DNA from: a virus | Lineage: Duplodnaviria > Caudoviricetes | Direction: 5' to 3' (one strand) | DNA length: 64,000 bases | Virus record (IMG/VR): IMGVR_UViG_3300006056_000001 | Location: 96,001 to 160,000 of that record | Shown here: positions 51,418-62,976 of the stretch, piece by piece | Layout of the letters: each line of letters opens with the position of its first letter | Numbering within the stretch: the stretch's first letter is position 1 | The notes under the pieces: model-generated | Told to the model about the DNA's origin: nothing | What the model saw: only the letters and a program-made list of their open reading frames with translations | Databases searched by the model: none | Position numbers and translations under genes: made by a program

Positions 51418-53343
51418 ATGACTGACATTTCTAAAATACTAAAAGAGTTTGAAGGTTTAGGTATAACTACAGCTTCAAACGCTACAAAATATGAGTTTTA
51501 CGATACTCCTTTTCCTACTGTTAATAATTTAATAGGTGGACTACCTAAGGGACGCTTCGTAACGATCGCAGGTTAATTTCGGGCCTGCCTATATAGTAAT
51601 ATATAGTTAAAAAATTCTTGAATTGCTGGAACATCTTACTAGGTAAAGCTAAAGACAATCAGCAGCAAAGTTTTGATAAATATACTAGGTACAAATATGC
51701 AAGTATGGCTAATTACAACTCAGCTATAAATAGGCGTTGCGTACCTGGAAAAATCTATGGATATCTAACTATAGTCAAATTTATTACCAATAAAAACATG
51801 TGGCAATGTACATGTATTTGTGGTAAAACTGTTTATAGACAAGGAGCGGCGTTACTAAAATATAAGAATCCTAATTGCGGATGCAAAAAAGGAACTTATG
51901 CTTTATTACCCAATCAGCTCGCACATAAGAATGCTATAATCAGTGACTATAAAAGACATGCCAAAGATAGAAATATTGAATTCAAATTAACAGTTGAACA
52001 AGCGGTTATATTTTTTGAAGGTAATTGTTATTACTGTGGTTCTAAACCAAGTAACCTTAAAACAGTTAAGCCTTCTAGAAAACTTAGAGCTAAATACAAC
52101 TGTACTATCACTAATTACTTCTATAATGGAATAGACAGAATTAATTCTGATCTAGGATATGAAGAAAAAAATTGTGTTAGTTGTTGTCTTACTTGTAATA
52201 GATCAAAAAGTGATCTAACTGTAGACGACTGGAAAATTTGGATCAATAATCTATATCAAAAAATGTTCAACGACCAGTCGAAAGACGTAGGATCTAGTGA
52301 TCCGAAGCGGGAATCTCCACTTTAGTGGATGAAGATATGGTCTAATCTATATAGAAATATATAGCTGGATTAACTATCCGGGCAGTAATTAACGAATACT
52401 GTTGAATATAATGCCAGAACATACTGGTAAAGGTGCCTTCTGTGCCCAAACTATAGCTCACTTACAAGCTAAGGACCCAGAGTTTATAGCCCTTTGGACA
52501 GATGCAGAGAATGCATTTGATGAAGACTGGGCTAAGAAGCTTGGTGTAGACTTAGATAGACTAATAATCCAACGTTATACTGTAGAGATAAATAGTATGG
52601 AGAAGTTATTAGATCAGTCTATGAACTTATTAAAGAGACTAAAGATTAATATGTGGGTAATAGACTCTATAGGTGCTTTGCTTCCTAGTAAGGATGCTTA
52701 CGAACAAAAGGGTAAGAACTATACAGATAAGTCTTTAGAAGGAACTAATATGTTAAACCTCCAGCGTAAGCTAGGAGAGTTCTTTCGTAAAGCTAATATA
52801 TTTGTATCACCTAGACCAGCAGAAAGCTATGGTGGCTGTTCAGTAATTTGTATTGGTCAAATTTATACAGATATTAATGCTTACATTCCCTTAGATACTG
52901 TTAAGGGAGGCAATGCACTTAAGCACTGGGCACATCTAAGATTAATGTTTAGACGTGGACCTAAGAGTGACTGGCCCGAGACTATCAAAATAAAGACTCC
53001 AGATGGTGAAACTAGGGAAGTATTCCCTGGTTGGTCTGGAAGAATGAAGATAGAAAAGACAAGAATTAATAGTAATGAAGGCAAAGAAATACTCCTTCCT
53101 TTTAAACACGGTCTTGGATTTGACTCTAGAGGCTCTGCTATTAATAGTGCTTTTGGACTGGGACTGATAGAAAGATCAGGTCCTATGTACAATAATAAAC
53201 ATTTACCTGATGGTAAGATGAAAGGTAAAGAAGAAGTAATTAAATTCTTTAATACCAATGATGAAGCATATAATGCTTTAATCAAAGATTTGACTGAGAT
53301 ATCTCTTCAAGAGATTTTAATAGAAGAAACGAAAGATGAGTGA
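51418..53343 (+). CDS. recA: RecA-family recombinase, exons 51418-51573 and 52414-53343
   Basis: Joined exons restore Walker A IAG|PEHTGKG; DAEN.FD..WA.KLGVD, IDSIGAL, GGNALKH. Confidence 0.93.
51574..52413 (+). mobile_element. Group I intron in recA
   Basis: Exon ends in T with P1 GCAGGT/GCCTGC; core P AATTGCTGGAA, Q AATCAGCAG, R GTTCAACGACCA, S AAGATATGGTCT; terminal G. Confidence 0.93.
51705..52325 (+). CDS. Intron-encoded HNH-type homing endonuclease
   Basis: WQCTCICG, CYYCG, YNGIDRINSDLGY...NCVSCCLTCN..K. Confidence 0.88.
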   Translation: MANYNSAINRRCVPGKIYGYLTIVKFITNKNMWQCTCICGKTVYRQGAALLKYKNPNCGCKKGTYALLPNQLAHKNAIISDYKRHAKDRNIEFKLTVEQAVIFFEGNCYYCGSKPSNLKTVKPSRKLRAKYNCTITNYFYNGIDRINSDLGYEEKNCVSCCLTCNRSKSDLTVDDWKIWINNLYQKMFNDQSKDVGSSDPKRESPL

Positions 53344-53734
53344 TATAAGTTTTACAGTTACACGAGCTTGGCCAGGTTCTGATGCTCAAAAGAAAGTAGG
53401 AATACACGCTACTTTTAACATTACCATTAATGGTCCAGATGGTATTATAGCTTCTGTAAATGACATGAAGCTAATGACAAATAAGGAAGGAAAGTATTAT
53501 GTTGACTCCGCCTCTCGTCAGTATACTGATAAGGAAGGCAACAATAAGAGAATCAATTATATTAAGTTCTTCCCAGAGAAGCAGAATTGGCACATGCAGG
53601 ATTCTATTGTGAACCTGGTTATTGATGCTTTGAAGAAGGCTCCAACTGCCCCAGCTAAGGCTGGAGGAAGTACTTATGCTGCTAAGCCAAAGCCTGCCGT
53701 AACTAAGCCTGCTGCAGATAACGAGGATTGGTGA
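53336..53734 (+). CDS. SpoVG-like nucleic-acid-binding protein with acidic tail
   Basis: ATFNITI....VNDMKLM...GKYYV...SRQY; tail ADNEDW. Confidence 0.6.
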   Translation: MSDISFTVTRAWPGSDAQKKVGIHATFNITINGPDGIIASVNDMKLMTNKEGKYYVDSASRQYTDKEGNNKRINYIKFFPEKQNWHMQDSIVNLVIDALKKAPTAPAKAGGSTYAAKPKPAVTKPAADNEDW

Positions 53735-53735
53735 G

Positions 53736-54320
53736 ATGTCTCATCAATGGAAGGCGGCAGAACGATTCATAGCTAAGGCTTTAGGTGGCCACCGCATTCC
53801 TAGAGGGGCTAATTTTTCTAATTCTCTACCTGATATAGTAGCTCCAGCTAGTAATACACTAGCTAGGGCTACAGGGTTGATATTCGCAGAGAGTAAATAC
53901 TCTAAGAATAACCCTTGGGTAGATAATATGAAAGAGCACTATCTTACTGATCGTTCTGTTGTTAAATTTATAGACGATAAAACTAATAAACAATATCTAT
54001 TTTTTGAGTTAAGGGACATACATAAACTGTCTGATCCTAAGGTAGTAGCTCAATCTTTTATTGTATACTCTCCAAAGTTTCCTAAGTATATAGTAGAACA
54101 CTTTGATCAATCAAAAGATTATATAGATATAGTTAAGAAAGATCCTATTACTACTGCTTCTATTACTTCTTTGACTAACATAAGTCCTTTCTATTCTCCT
54201 GTACTACCCATAGTAGTATTGACTAAGGCTAGAAAGTCATTCAGGCTTGCATATACAGATTGTGAATATCTGTTAAAATTTTATACACAACAAGATGATA
54301 GAAGCTACAGGAATATATAA
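53736..54320 (+). CDS. PD-(D/E)XK nuclease-like protein
   Basis: WKAAER.IAKALGG.R....PDI......AESKY. Confidence 0.6.
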   Translation: MSHQWKAAERFIAKALGGHRIPRGANFSNSLPDIVAPASNTLARATGLIFAESKYSKNNPWVDNMKEHYLTDRSVVKFIDDKTNKQYLFFELRDIHKLSDPKVVAQSFIVYSPKFPKYIVEHFDQSKDYIDIVKKDPITTASITSLTNISPFYSPVLPIVVLTKARKSFRLAYTDCEYLLKFYTQQDDRSYRNI

Positions 54321-55023
54321 AGAAATAGCCGATCGTCAAGTTTTAGTTGTTTCTTTAGATAAGAAATATTTTGATAAGCTGCGTAATCATATTGTTAATA
54401 GTATGTTTTTTTCATACTGTAGATCTTATAAATTTGATGAAATAACTCTATCTTCTATAGGTGATCACTTAGATAAAAAAGATGTACAGGATTTAAGGAA
54501 AGCAGATATTGCTATAAATGTTAACGTAACTCCTTTGCCTACTAAAGAACAAGTAAATGGACTAAATGACTGGCATTCTTGGGCTGTACTTGCTATTTGT
54601 GGTAATGAATCTTTAGTCTTTTGTATAGATAAAGAAACTGAATTCATAAAAGATAGGGACTATACACATGTTAAATGAAGAACATTTTAAACAAATTTTA
54701 GAGCAGGTTCTTGATCAAGTTTTTAAAGGTAAGGGTCAAGAAAGACATGGCCACGGATTGAATCTTGAACAACAGCCGTGGAAGACTATTACCGACAATG
54801 TTGGTACTGGCTTTGTCTTAGGACAAGCTCTCAAGAAACTGATGGAGTTAAGGACATTTGAGCCTAAAGATAACTCTCCAGAACAAATAGAAAAAGCACT
54901 CTCTGCTTGGAAGAGAGAGGCTTTAGGTGCTATAGTTTATACAATTTTTGCTATAATGTATAAAGAGTATGAGCACATAACTAAGTTAAAAGTATAATAT
55001 TTACTTTAACTTTCCTTACTTTC

Positions 55024-57012
55024 ATGTCTACCAAATTTAAACTTACTGAAAACTTTTTAAGGCAATTTCAAAATAAAGAACCTGATTGGGGCTTTGATGA
55101 ACTAAGCCGAATTACTTATTTAAGAACATATTCTAGAATTAAAGAAGACGGATCACAAGAAACATTTTTTGATACTATTAAAAGATGTGTAGAGGGTAGT
55201 TTTACTATCCAGATGGAGCATTGTAGGAAGTCCTGCTTACCGTGGGATGCATATAAGGCTCAGAAATCTGCACAAAAGATGTTCCAGAAGATGTGGGAGT
55301 TTAAGTTCCTACCTCCTGGCCGTGGTCTATGGACCATGGGCACTCCTATAGTAGAAAAGATAGGGTCAGCATCGTTATGTAATTGCGGCTTTGTATCTAC
55401 TAAAGATATTGACAAAGACTTTGCAGAGCCATTTGCATGGGCTGCTGATATGCTTATGCTAGGTGTAGGTATTGGATATGATACTTTAGGTGCTAACAAA
55501 ATTACTATTAGTAAACGTCCTACTGGACTATATAATTGTCTGCCTTTAAACACATATAAGATTCCTGATACTAGAGAAGGTTGGGTAGAATCTATAAAGC
55601 TATTATTAAATAACTATATACAGGAAGATAGAAAAGAGCATATTGTATTTGATTATAGTTTAATTAGACCAGCCGGCTCTCCTATAAAAGGCTTTGGTGG
55701 AACAGCTTCTGGACCAGAACCTTTAATAGAAGGGCACAATAATATTATAAAGTTATTAGATAGTTATGATGGTATACAGTTAGATTCTGTAGGTATTGTA
55801 GATATAATGAATTATATTGGTAAGTTTGTAGTAGCAGGTAACGTAAGAAGATCTGCTGAAATTGCTATTGGTAATATAGAAGATCAACCTTTTATTGAGA
55901 TGAAGGACTATAATAAGTATCCAGAAGAATTAAAAGACAGAAGATGGATGTCTAATAATTCTGTCTATTCTAAGTCGACTTCTGATTTTTCTAATATAAT
56001 AAAGAATATTACTATTAATGGTGAGCCTGGTATAATACTACTTGATAATTGTAAACATTATGGAAGATTTGTAGATGGATATCTATCTTCTAGTCATCCT
56101 AAATTTGACAATGTAGATGGGGTTAACCCATGTGCAGAGCAATGCTTACAGTCTTATGAGCTATGTAACTTAGTAGAGACTTTCCCTGCTAATCATGAGA
56201 CCGCTGAAGAGTATTACGATACTCTAAAGTATGCATACTTATATGCCAAGTCAGTAACTTTATTACCTACTCATTGTGAGAAGACTAATCAAATTATGTT
56301 ACAGAACCGCCGTATAGGTTGCTCTCAATCTGGTATACAACAGGCTATTAAGAAGTTTGGTATACAAAAGTATCTTATTAATTTTTGTAATACAGGATAT
56401 AAAGCCGTTGAGCATTGGGATTTAATTTATTCTAGATGGTTAGGTGTTCCTACTTCTATCAGATACACTACAGTAAAGCCTAGTGGCACTGTAAGCATAT
56501 TAGCTGGAGCTACTCCTGGGGTACATTGTACCCATAGTGAATATTACATGAGAACTATAAGGATAGCTGCTAATAATGCATTGATAAAGCCTTTAACTGA
56601 GGCTGGGTATAAGATAGAAGAATCTATTAATGATCCGTCTACTAAAGTTGTTTACTTCCCTGTCAAAGAAAAGAATTTTACTAAGTCTAAATATGACATT
56701 AGTTTATGGGAGCAACTCATATTGATAAAAGAACTACAACATTATTGGGCAGATAATTCTGTATCTTGTACTGTTACTTTTAAGCCTGAAGAAGCTAAAG
56801 ATTTGAAGAGTGCCATAGAGTATATGGCCCCTTATGTAAAGACGCTCTCTTTCTTACCGTTAGAGAATCACAACTATCAACAAGCTCCTTATCAAACATG
56901 TACTAAAGAAGAATATGACGCTTATGTAGCTAGTTTAAATACCCTTATTATTAAATCTTTAGTAGAATCTAAAGGAGAAAGGTATTGTACAAACGATACC
57001 TGTTCCGTATAA
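55024..57012 (+). CDS. nrdJ: Class II (adenosylcobalamin) ribonucleotide reductase
   Basis: PPGRGLW, CNC, AGNVRRSA, NPCAEQ, ELCNL, TTVKPSGT, C-terminal CTNDTC. Confidence 0.95.
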   Translation: MSTKFKLTENFLRQFQNKEPDWGFDELSRITYLRTYSRIKEDGSQETFFDTIKRCVEGSFTIQMEHCRKSCLPWDAYKAQKSAQKMFQKMWEFKFLPPGRGLWTMGTPIVEKIGSASLCNCGFVSTKDIDKDFAEPFAWAADMLMLGVGIGYDTLGANKITISKRPTGLYNCLPLNTYKIPDTREGWVESIKLLLNNYIQEDRKEHIVFDYSLIRPAGSPIKGFGGTASGPEPLIEGHNNIIKLLDSYDGIQLDSVGIVDIMNYIGKFVVAGNVRRSAEIAIGNIEDQPFIEMKDYNKYPEELKDRRWMSNNSVYSKSTSDFSNIIKNITINGEPGIILLDNCKHYGRFVDGYLSSSHPKFDNVDGVNPCAEQCLQSYELCNLVETFPANHETAEEYYDTLKYAYLYAKSVTLLPTHCEKTNQIMLQNRRIGCSQSGIQQAIKKFGIQKYLINFCNTGYKAVEHWDLIYSRWLGVPTSIRYTTVKPSGTVSILAGATPGVHCTHSEYYMRTIRIAANNALIKPLTEAGYKIEESINDPSTKVVYFPVKEKNFTKSKYDISLWEQLILIKELQHYWADNSVSCTVTFKPEEAKDLKSAIEYMAPYVKTLSFLPLENHNYQQAPYQTCTKEEYDAYVASLNTLIIKSLVESKGERYCTNDTCSV

Positions 57013-57030
57013 CCTCTTTAACCCATATAT

Positions 57031-57056
57031 AGAGCCAGGTTTTCCTGGCTCTTTTT
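57031..57056 (+). terminator. Rho-independent terminator
   Basis: AGAGCCAGG/CCTGGCTCT plus T run. Confidence 0.8.
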
Positions 57057-57062
57057 CTTTAC

Positions 57063-58238
57063 ATGGAAACGATTTTAGAGTTTCTAAAAAACAATCAGAT
57101 AGCTTCGGGCGGTTTATTAATAGGTGTAATGGCTTTCTTATACCAACATGGTATGAGGATGCTTAATTTTGTTAATATATATATTAAAAAATCTACTCTT
57201 GTTACATATCATTTTTCTTCTAACGAAGGGTTTGATTTATACAATACTTTAGATGATTGGATTAAAGGTATTATTATAACTAATAAAAAGAATATTACAG
57301 ATATTGCAATTAAATTAAATCAAGAGGTTATACAACATGGTAGATGGATAGTAAGTCTACCACAAGTAGGATTTGCATATATTTCTATTATTACTAAATC
57401 TAGAAAAGATACAGATAGTATAGTTGATGGAACTAAAATTCATGAAACAACTATTACTATTTTTAAACGAAACAAAAATAAATTAAAAGCTATTATTGAT
57501 AAATTTAAAGAAGTAAATAACTCAGATGTTGTTTATGAAATAGAACATAGTAATGTATTTGAAGTAGGGGATTTTCCTAAGAAGCATATTAATTTAAATA
57601 GTGTTATTTTAGACAATACTCTTTCACAAGATTTATTTAATGATTTAAAAACTTTTTTAAATAGTAAAGAAAAATATTATAATTTAGGAAATACATATAA
57701 AAGAATCTATCTTTTGTCTGGTCCTCCAGGTAATGGAAAGACTTCTATTATTAAATTGATATCTAACTATTTAAATTATTCAATTATTAATTGTTCATTA
57801 GAAAAAATTTCTTCTAGAATTGTTAGAGATGCTATGTCTTATACAAATGATAAAGCATTATTTATATTTGAAGATATAGATAGAGAAAACCTAAATGATT
57901 CAAAGATTAATATCAGTAATTTATTAAATCTTTTTGATGGTATTACTACTCCAGAGTGTATAATTATTTTGACATGTAATGATATATCTAAGTTTGATCC
58001 TGCATTTATAAGACCAGGTAGAGTAGATCGTATTTTTGAAGTAAAAAATGCTAATAAAGATCAAGTTAGAAGAATGTTCTTGAAGTACTATCCTGCTGAA
58101 GACACTAAGATAGATAATGCTATAAAGGATTACCCTTGTCATCTACTATCTATGTCTAAGATACAAGAATGTCTCCAGGTTGGAGATAATATAGATAGTG
58201 CAATTGAGCTGTTTAAAAAGAATATAGAACAAAAATGA
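57063..58238 (+). CDS. BCS1-like AAA ATPase with N-terminal TM anchor
   Basis: NQIASGGL..., YKRIYLLSGPPGNGKTS, FEDID, LLN.FDG, DPAFIRPGRVD. Confidence 0.85.
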   Translation: METILEFLKNNQIASGGLLIGVMAFLYQHGMRMLNFVNIYIKKSTLVTYHFSSNEGFDLYNTLDDWIKGIIITNKKNITDIAIKLNQEVIQHGRWIVSLPQVGFAYISIITKSRKDTDSIVDGTKIHETTITIFKRNKNKLKAIIDKFKEVNNSDVVYEIEHSNVFEVGDFPKKHINLNSVILDNTLSQDLFNDLKTFLNSKEKYYNLGNTYKRIYLLSGPPGNGKTSIIKLISNYLNYSIINCSLEKISSRIVRDAMSYTNDKALFIFEDIDRENLNDSKINISNLLNLFDGITTPECIIILTCNDISKFDPAFIRPGRVDRIFEVKNANKDQVRRMFLKYYPAEDTKIDNAIKDYPCHLLSMSKIQECLQVGDNIDSAIELFKKNIEQK

Positions 58239-59470
58239 GAATGCAGATAAAATATCCTTATATGGATGCCCCTAAAGGGATAAGATCTTTATCTTATCAT
58301 GAACTCTATAATTTACCTATAGATACTCTTATTTGGATATCAGGATATTATGGCTTATGTATGTATAAGGGTCCTTCTAAAAATGTCTTTTTAGATCCTA
58401 TACTTTCTGTTAAAAGTTCATTTATACATGATAGAAATAATAGAACATATATTGATTTAGAAACAGATACTTTACCTGTTAATGAAAAGGGCTTTCTCAT
58501 AAAGCTTCTCGTCTCTGGAACTTATCTATATCTCCATTCAGGTATGGAGGAACATGTTTCTTGGTCTAATATTCTTAATCATTGTTTTTTAGTAGATGAT
58601 TCTCTATTACATACTATTATATCTCCTTTCATGCCTGCATTGGATTGCTTTTCAGAAGCTTTAGAACAAAACATTAAACTAAATATAGTAACATGAGAAC
58701 AGCAACATTTCAGTTTGATCTAGATTTATATAAATCTTTATATAAAGCTCTTCCTAAAACTTTAGATCTTAATGAGTTCTTAAAGCTACCGTCCGGTGCA
58801 ATCTTATTTTCTTTCTCAGATTTTAAATTATATAAATTTGGTGGATTCTCTGATCTAAAGCCAGGAATTACTTTAGATGCAAATGCATATGAACTTACTA
58901 CAGCATATGGAAATATAAACCAGATTGGTAGAAAAGCTACTGCTACAGGCACATTTCCAGATACTTTTTTAATTAGTATTTTTAATACCGCTTCTACTTT
59001 TAAGGTAATTAAAAAAGGTACATTAATAAGTTTACATATTAATACCAGAGCTGCTTATTTTGTATTAGATCATAAAATAGTAAGATGTTTATTTCCTTTT
59101 TATACTTCTATAGAATATTTAATCAAAGCCAATAAACAATATTCTGAACTAGTTGAGAAAAATCCTAAGTTAGAAAATTTTGTGTTAGATTGTGATACAA
59201 AATGAATCTATATAATTCTACTGAAGATCTTAAAAATATAGTAGATGCTATAAAGAATGAGATGCATCGCCCTTTAAAAGATAAAATATCTAAACAAGAC
59301 TTTGATAAAGTATTTGATACCAAGTGTGGAACTGCTATGATAAAGCAGATTCTTGACAAGATAGAGGATACTTTAAGAGTAAAAAATATATAATTAGTTA
59401 ACTTTTTTAACAGCTAATTACGTATATATAATAAATCAGACTAAATCTGATTCCTTTCTACAATAAAAAC

Positions 59471-59740
59471 ATGACTAAGAAATCCTACCCTACTGATGTC
59501 TCTAATGAGATCGTTCAAATTTCCGCTGCCCTTTCAGGCTTAGTAAAGTCTACTAACACTAGTGTTCGTAGCATTGCTCAGTTTGCAGGGATCAGTGTAA
59601 ACTCTGTAAAGAGTGTATTATCTGGTAAGACCGCTAATATTGCCACCTATGCCTTGATTGCTAAGGCATTAGGCACTAGCTTAATTGCCGTGGTACAATC
59701 CATGGGAAGCACTTCAAGCGCTTCTGTTGTTAATGTCTAA
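59471..59740 (+). CDS. XRE-family HTH protein
   Basis: SVRSIAQFAGISVNSVKSVLSG...IAKALG. Confidence 0.75.
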   Translation: MTKKSYPTDVSNEIVQISAALSGLVKSTNTSVRSIAQFAGISVNSVKSVLSGKTANIATYALIAKALGTSLIAVVQSMGSTSSASVVNV

Positions 59741-60302
59741 CAAAAAACTATTAGAAGATAAAATAAAAAAAGAATTACCAGACATAGTTAAGAAAATAAA
59801 GGACGGAGACTCTTCTGCTAAAGAAGATTTCTCCGTTCTTCTTTTACCATATATAAGATTCTTGATTAAGAAGTTTGCTAATTCTTTAGATAAAGCTGAA
59901 GAACTAGACTCTCTAGCAAATCTTATTACAGTAAGACTTCTTTATCTAAAATTAGATAAGATAGATATGTCTAAGTCTTTTGTAGGCTATATCTGTAGAA
60001 CAGTAAATAATTACTGTATAGATGAGATTATAAAAACAACTAGAAAGAAGAGAAAAGCAAAGTTAGTTTCTGAAGTTTATTTAAATAACGTAGGTGTTTC
60101 TGAGCCTCAATTCTCTCCTGAATTTGAGATTCAAAGTTCTTTTACTAAAGAAGATAGTGAAATAATTGAGCTTTTCTTCTTACAAGATAAGACTTACAAA
60201 GAGATATCTGTGTTAACAGGCAGACCAATAACACAAATAAAGAGCACAATTGAAGAATCCATTCGAGTTTATAGAGACAGTCAAACACTTACCAGTGATT
60301 AG
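59733..60302 (+). CDS. Sigma-70/ECF-like RNA polymerase sigma factor
   Basis: Region 2-like SFVGYICRTVNNYCIDE and region 4 HTH KTYKEISVLTG. Confidence 0.75.
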   Translation: MSNKKLLEDKIKKELPDIVKKIKDGDSSAKEDFSVLLLPYIRFLIKKFANSLDKAEELDSLANLITVRLLYLKLDKIDMSKSFVGYICRTVNNYCIDEIIKTTRKKRKAKLVSEVYLNNVGVSEPQFSPEFEIQSSFTKEDSEIIELFFLQDKTYKEISVLTGRPITQIKSTIEESIRVYRDSQTLTSD

Positions 60303-60724
60303 CGAAGACTCGTATCACGAAGTTAGTATAAAGGTACAAAAAGAAGATAAAAATCTTATACCTTCTTTGACTATTAAATTTATTATAAACTCTACTGAGT
60401 TTAGAATTGATCAAGGTTATCTAACGATAACAGATAGGAATCAAGACAACTTAAAAGAGTATAAGGTAGACGAGGGAAACTTCATCTATTACAATGCTAA
60501 GAAGGAGATAGCTTCTTTCTTAGTTGTTAATAGCTCTTTTCCAGACAATATTGACCCAGAGAACCTTCAGCATGAGATGCATAACATATTAGGTGCTACT
60601 AAAGATAAGCAGCTAATACAAGCTTATAGAGTCTTATGTCTGTACTGGTCTATCGTTGATTCCGGCCTCGATATGTCTGAGGGACTTCTTTTTCCTCAGG
60701 GTCCAGAAGAAGCTATTGGAGATC

Positions 60725-61165
60725 TTACTCCTCCTTGGGAGTAATAGAAAGTATTCGATAGAGGTTGGATTTGCTTATGTGTAGTTCCTCTGCGAGCTTT
60801 TCATAGCTCCCACAATCCTTACCTAGATAAAGATGTTTAAGGAGTGGTTGAAGGAGCAAGCTTATCCTTCCTCTATCAGTTTTATTAAAACTATTTATTA
60901 CTTCTAAAATTAGATCATTAGAAACAGAAATACCGGCCTTAGCCGGTATATTTTTTTTTAAGGGTAAAGTTTTGGTGCCCGAAGTTCTTCTATATTCGTT
61001 ATATTCTTTATATAATAGTTCATTATATGCTAGTAATCCTTGATACCCTTCTAGTTCTGGATTCAACCATAACTTAATATCTTCTTCCTGCTTGACTTCA
61101 TCAGGATACTTGAGTAAGTTTTTCGATAGTCTTCTTAAAACTTTCCCGGCTTGATTGTTTCTCAT
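60725..61165 (-). CDS. Hypothetical protein with C-terminal HTH
   Basis: SYEKLAEELHISKSNLYRIL. Confidence 0.65.
   Translation of the reverse strand: MRNNQAGKVLRRLSKNLLKYPDEVKQEEDIKLWLNPELEGYQGLLAYNELLYKEYNEYRRTSGTKTLPLKKNIPAKAGISVSNDLILEVINSFNKTDRGRISLLLQPLLKHLYLGKDCGSYEKLAEELHISKSNLYRILSITPKEE
60930..60959 (+). terminator. Terminator for + strand transcription, inside a minus-strand gene
   Basis: ATACCGGC-CTTA-GCCGGTAT plus T9. Confidence 0.6.
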
Positions 61166-62303
61166 GTGATATTTTTCTGATTACGTCAGCTATCTTATCT
61201 GTGTTCTTTTCTACACTATAATTTTCCATTATGGTCTTTCTTGCTTCTATACCATAATTTTGACTAGTATTATTTTTGATCAGCGTATACGCTTTTCTAA
61301 GCCCTTCTATGTAGCTGCCCATGTCAGGCCTAGACCAGTTCTGATAACTGTCGTACAGAGGCGCTGCGGCCTCTGAGCAGGGCATTAAGCTATACTTTAT
61401 ATCTATAGAGTTACTATCATTAAGATAGTCTCCGTGTGCTAAGAATCTTGTTGTCAAGATTAGCTTTTCCATAGACATTGCCTGCATAAGTGGTAGATCA
61501 AATCCTTCTCCCTTTGATACAGATACATAAGCGTTTGAGTATCTTATCAAATTAATGATCTGTTCTTCTTCTAAGATATCACTTATTACATGTATCTTTG
61601 GTTTACTTAATAGACCTGTCGCCCGGTTGTTCAATGTTCTGATTGCATCAGAAATATGCTTCTTTCCTTTACTATCATTACTGCTACTCCACGTCTTTAT
61701 GATTAAGCATACGTCTGTTATTCCTTCAAAAGCCGCGTTGAATCCTAATAGTAAATCTTCTAGATTCTTTCTTGGAATAAAGTTACCTATAAATAAGAAT
61801 TTTACACAGCCGGTGGGGATATCATTAATTTGAATCTTAGGTCCATCTGGACTCCATATACTCGTATCTAATGTAGCATTCATAGGTATAACAGGCATCA
61901 TAATATTTCCTTTCTTAGCAGAATTAACTAGACTATTACACCCAGCAAAGAAGTATTTACAACTCTCGTTTATAATTCTTACCCATTCTCTAGGATATTC
62001 ATCAGTTTCCCACATAGCGTAACCTACGTTAATACCGTTAGGATCTGGTCTAAACCTAGTTGGTAAACTATACATGATTCTTAGCCCGCTGTCTGGCTTA
62101 GTTTTACTTAATTCTATCTGTGCTGTCCAGAAAGGATCTTCTATCTTCATATGTGGTGGAAGATAGTCTTCATCTGGTATAAGCTTGATATCCGCGCCCC
62201 CTTCAATAAGGGGTCGTAACATTCTTCTGGCCTGTAGACCATAGCCCATCTTGGCTGTGATCTCTCCAAACCAATCAAATTTTAAATCTGAGTATTTTCC
62301 CAT
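61101..62303 (-). CDS. Glycosyltransferase (GT-B, GT4-like)
   Basis: MGYG, WETD, FIGNFIPRKN, SKGEGFDLPLMQAM. Confidence 0.9.
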   Translation of the reverse strand: MGKYSDLKFDWFGEITAKMGYGLQARRMLRPLIEGGADIKLIPDEDYLPPHMKIEDPFWTAQIELSKTKPDSGLRIMYSLPTRFRPDPNGINVGYAMWETDEYPREWVRIINESCKYFFAGCNSLVNSAKKGNIMMPVIPMNATLDTSIWSPDGPKIQINDIPTGCVKFLFIGNFIPRKNLEDLLLGFNAAFEGITDVCLIIKTWSSSNDSKGKKHISDAIRTLNNRATGLLSKPKIHVISDILEEEQIINLIRYSNAYVSVSKGEGFDLPLMQAMSMEKLILTTRFLAHGDYLNDSNSIDIKYSLMPCSEAAAPLYDSYQNWSRPDMGSYIEGLRKAYTLIKNNTSQNYGIEARKTIMENYSVEKNTDKIADVIRKISHEKQSSRESFKKTIEKLTQVS

Positions 62304-62694
62304 GACATTAGTAGTTGCTAGTGGTTACTTCAATCCTATACATAAAGGACATATTGAGTATTTAAGGAAGGCCAAAGAGTTAGGTACTAAATTAGTAGTA
62401 ATTGTTAACTCAGACCTACAGGTTACATTAAAAGGATCTAAACCTTTTATGGACCAGTATGAACGGTTGCTCATCATAAAAAGTATACGTTATGTAGATG
62501 CTGCTATAATATCTATAGATGATGATAAGAGTGTTTGTAAGACTTTAGAATTACTAAAGCCAGATATATTTGCTAAAGGCGGAGATAGGTATTCTAATGA
62601 GATTCCAGAAAGCGGCGTATGTAATAAATTTAACATAAAGATAGTAGATGGCCTAGGGGACAAGATACAGAGTTCAAGCACATTACTTAAATGA
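62302..62694 (+). CDS. Cytidylyltransferase (TagD/RfaE-C family)
   Basis: SGYFNPIHKGH, VIVNSD, ER..II, AKGGDR, KIQSSS. Confidence 0.9.
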   Translation: MTLVVASGYFNPIHKGHIEYLRKAKELGTKLVVIVNSDLQVTLKGSKPFMDQYERLLIIKSIRYVDAAIISIDDDKSVCKTLELLKPDIFAKGGDRYSNEIPESGVCNKFNIKIVDGLGDKIQSSSTLLK

Positions 62695-62976
62695 GATTAA
62701 ATAAGAACTGTATGACTTTACGTATGTTACAGATAGCATCTAATATCTGTGACGAAGATGGTCACTTTACTCTAACTTCTTTAAGCAAAGAATTTTATAA
62801 AACTTTTCCTCAATATAAATTTTTATTTAAAGCTTCTTTATCAAATAGAATAGGTGATATGTCTTATGGCCCTAAAGCTTATTTACAAAGAACAGGATAT
62901 GGTAGTTATAAAATAAAAGCTGCTACAGCAGACTATCTTATACAAAATAATTTATTAATATTTAAAGAACCACATG

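Noticed and set aside
52402-52413. ORF-track start for RecA
   Set aside because: These bases are the intron 3' end; the true start is ATG 51418 in exon 1
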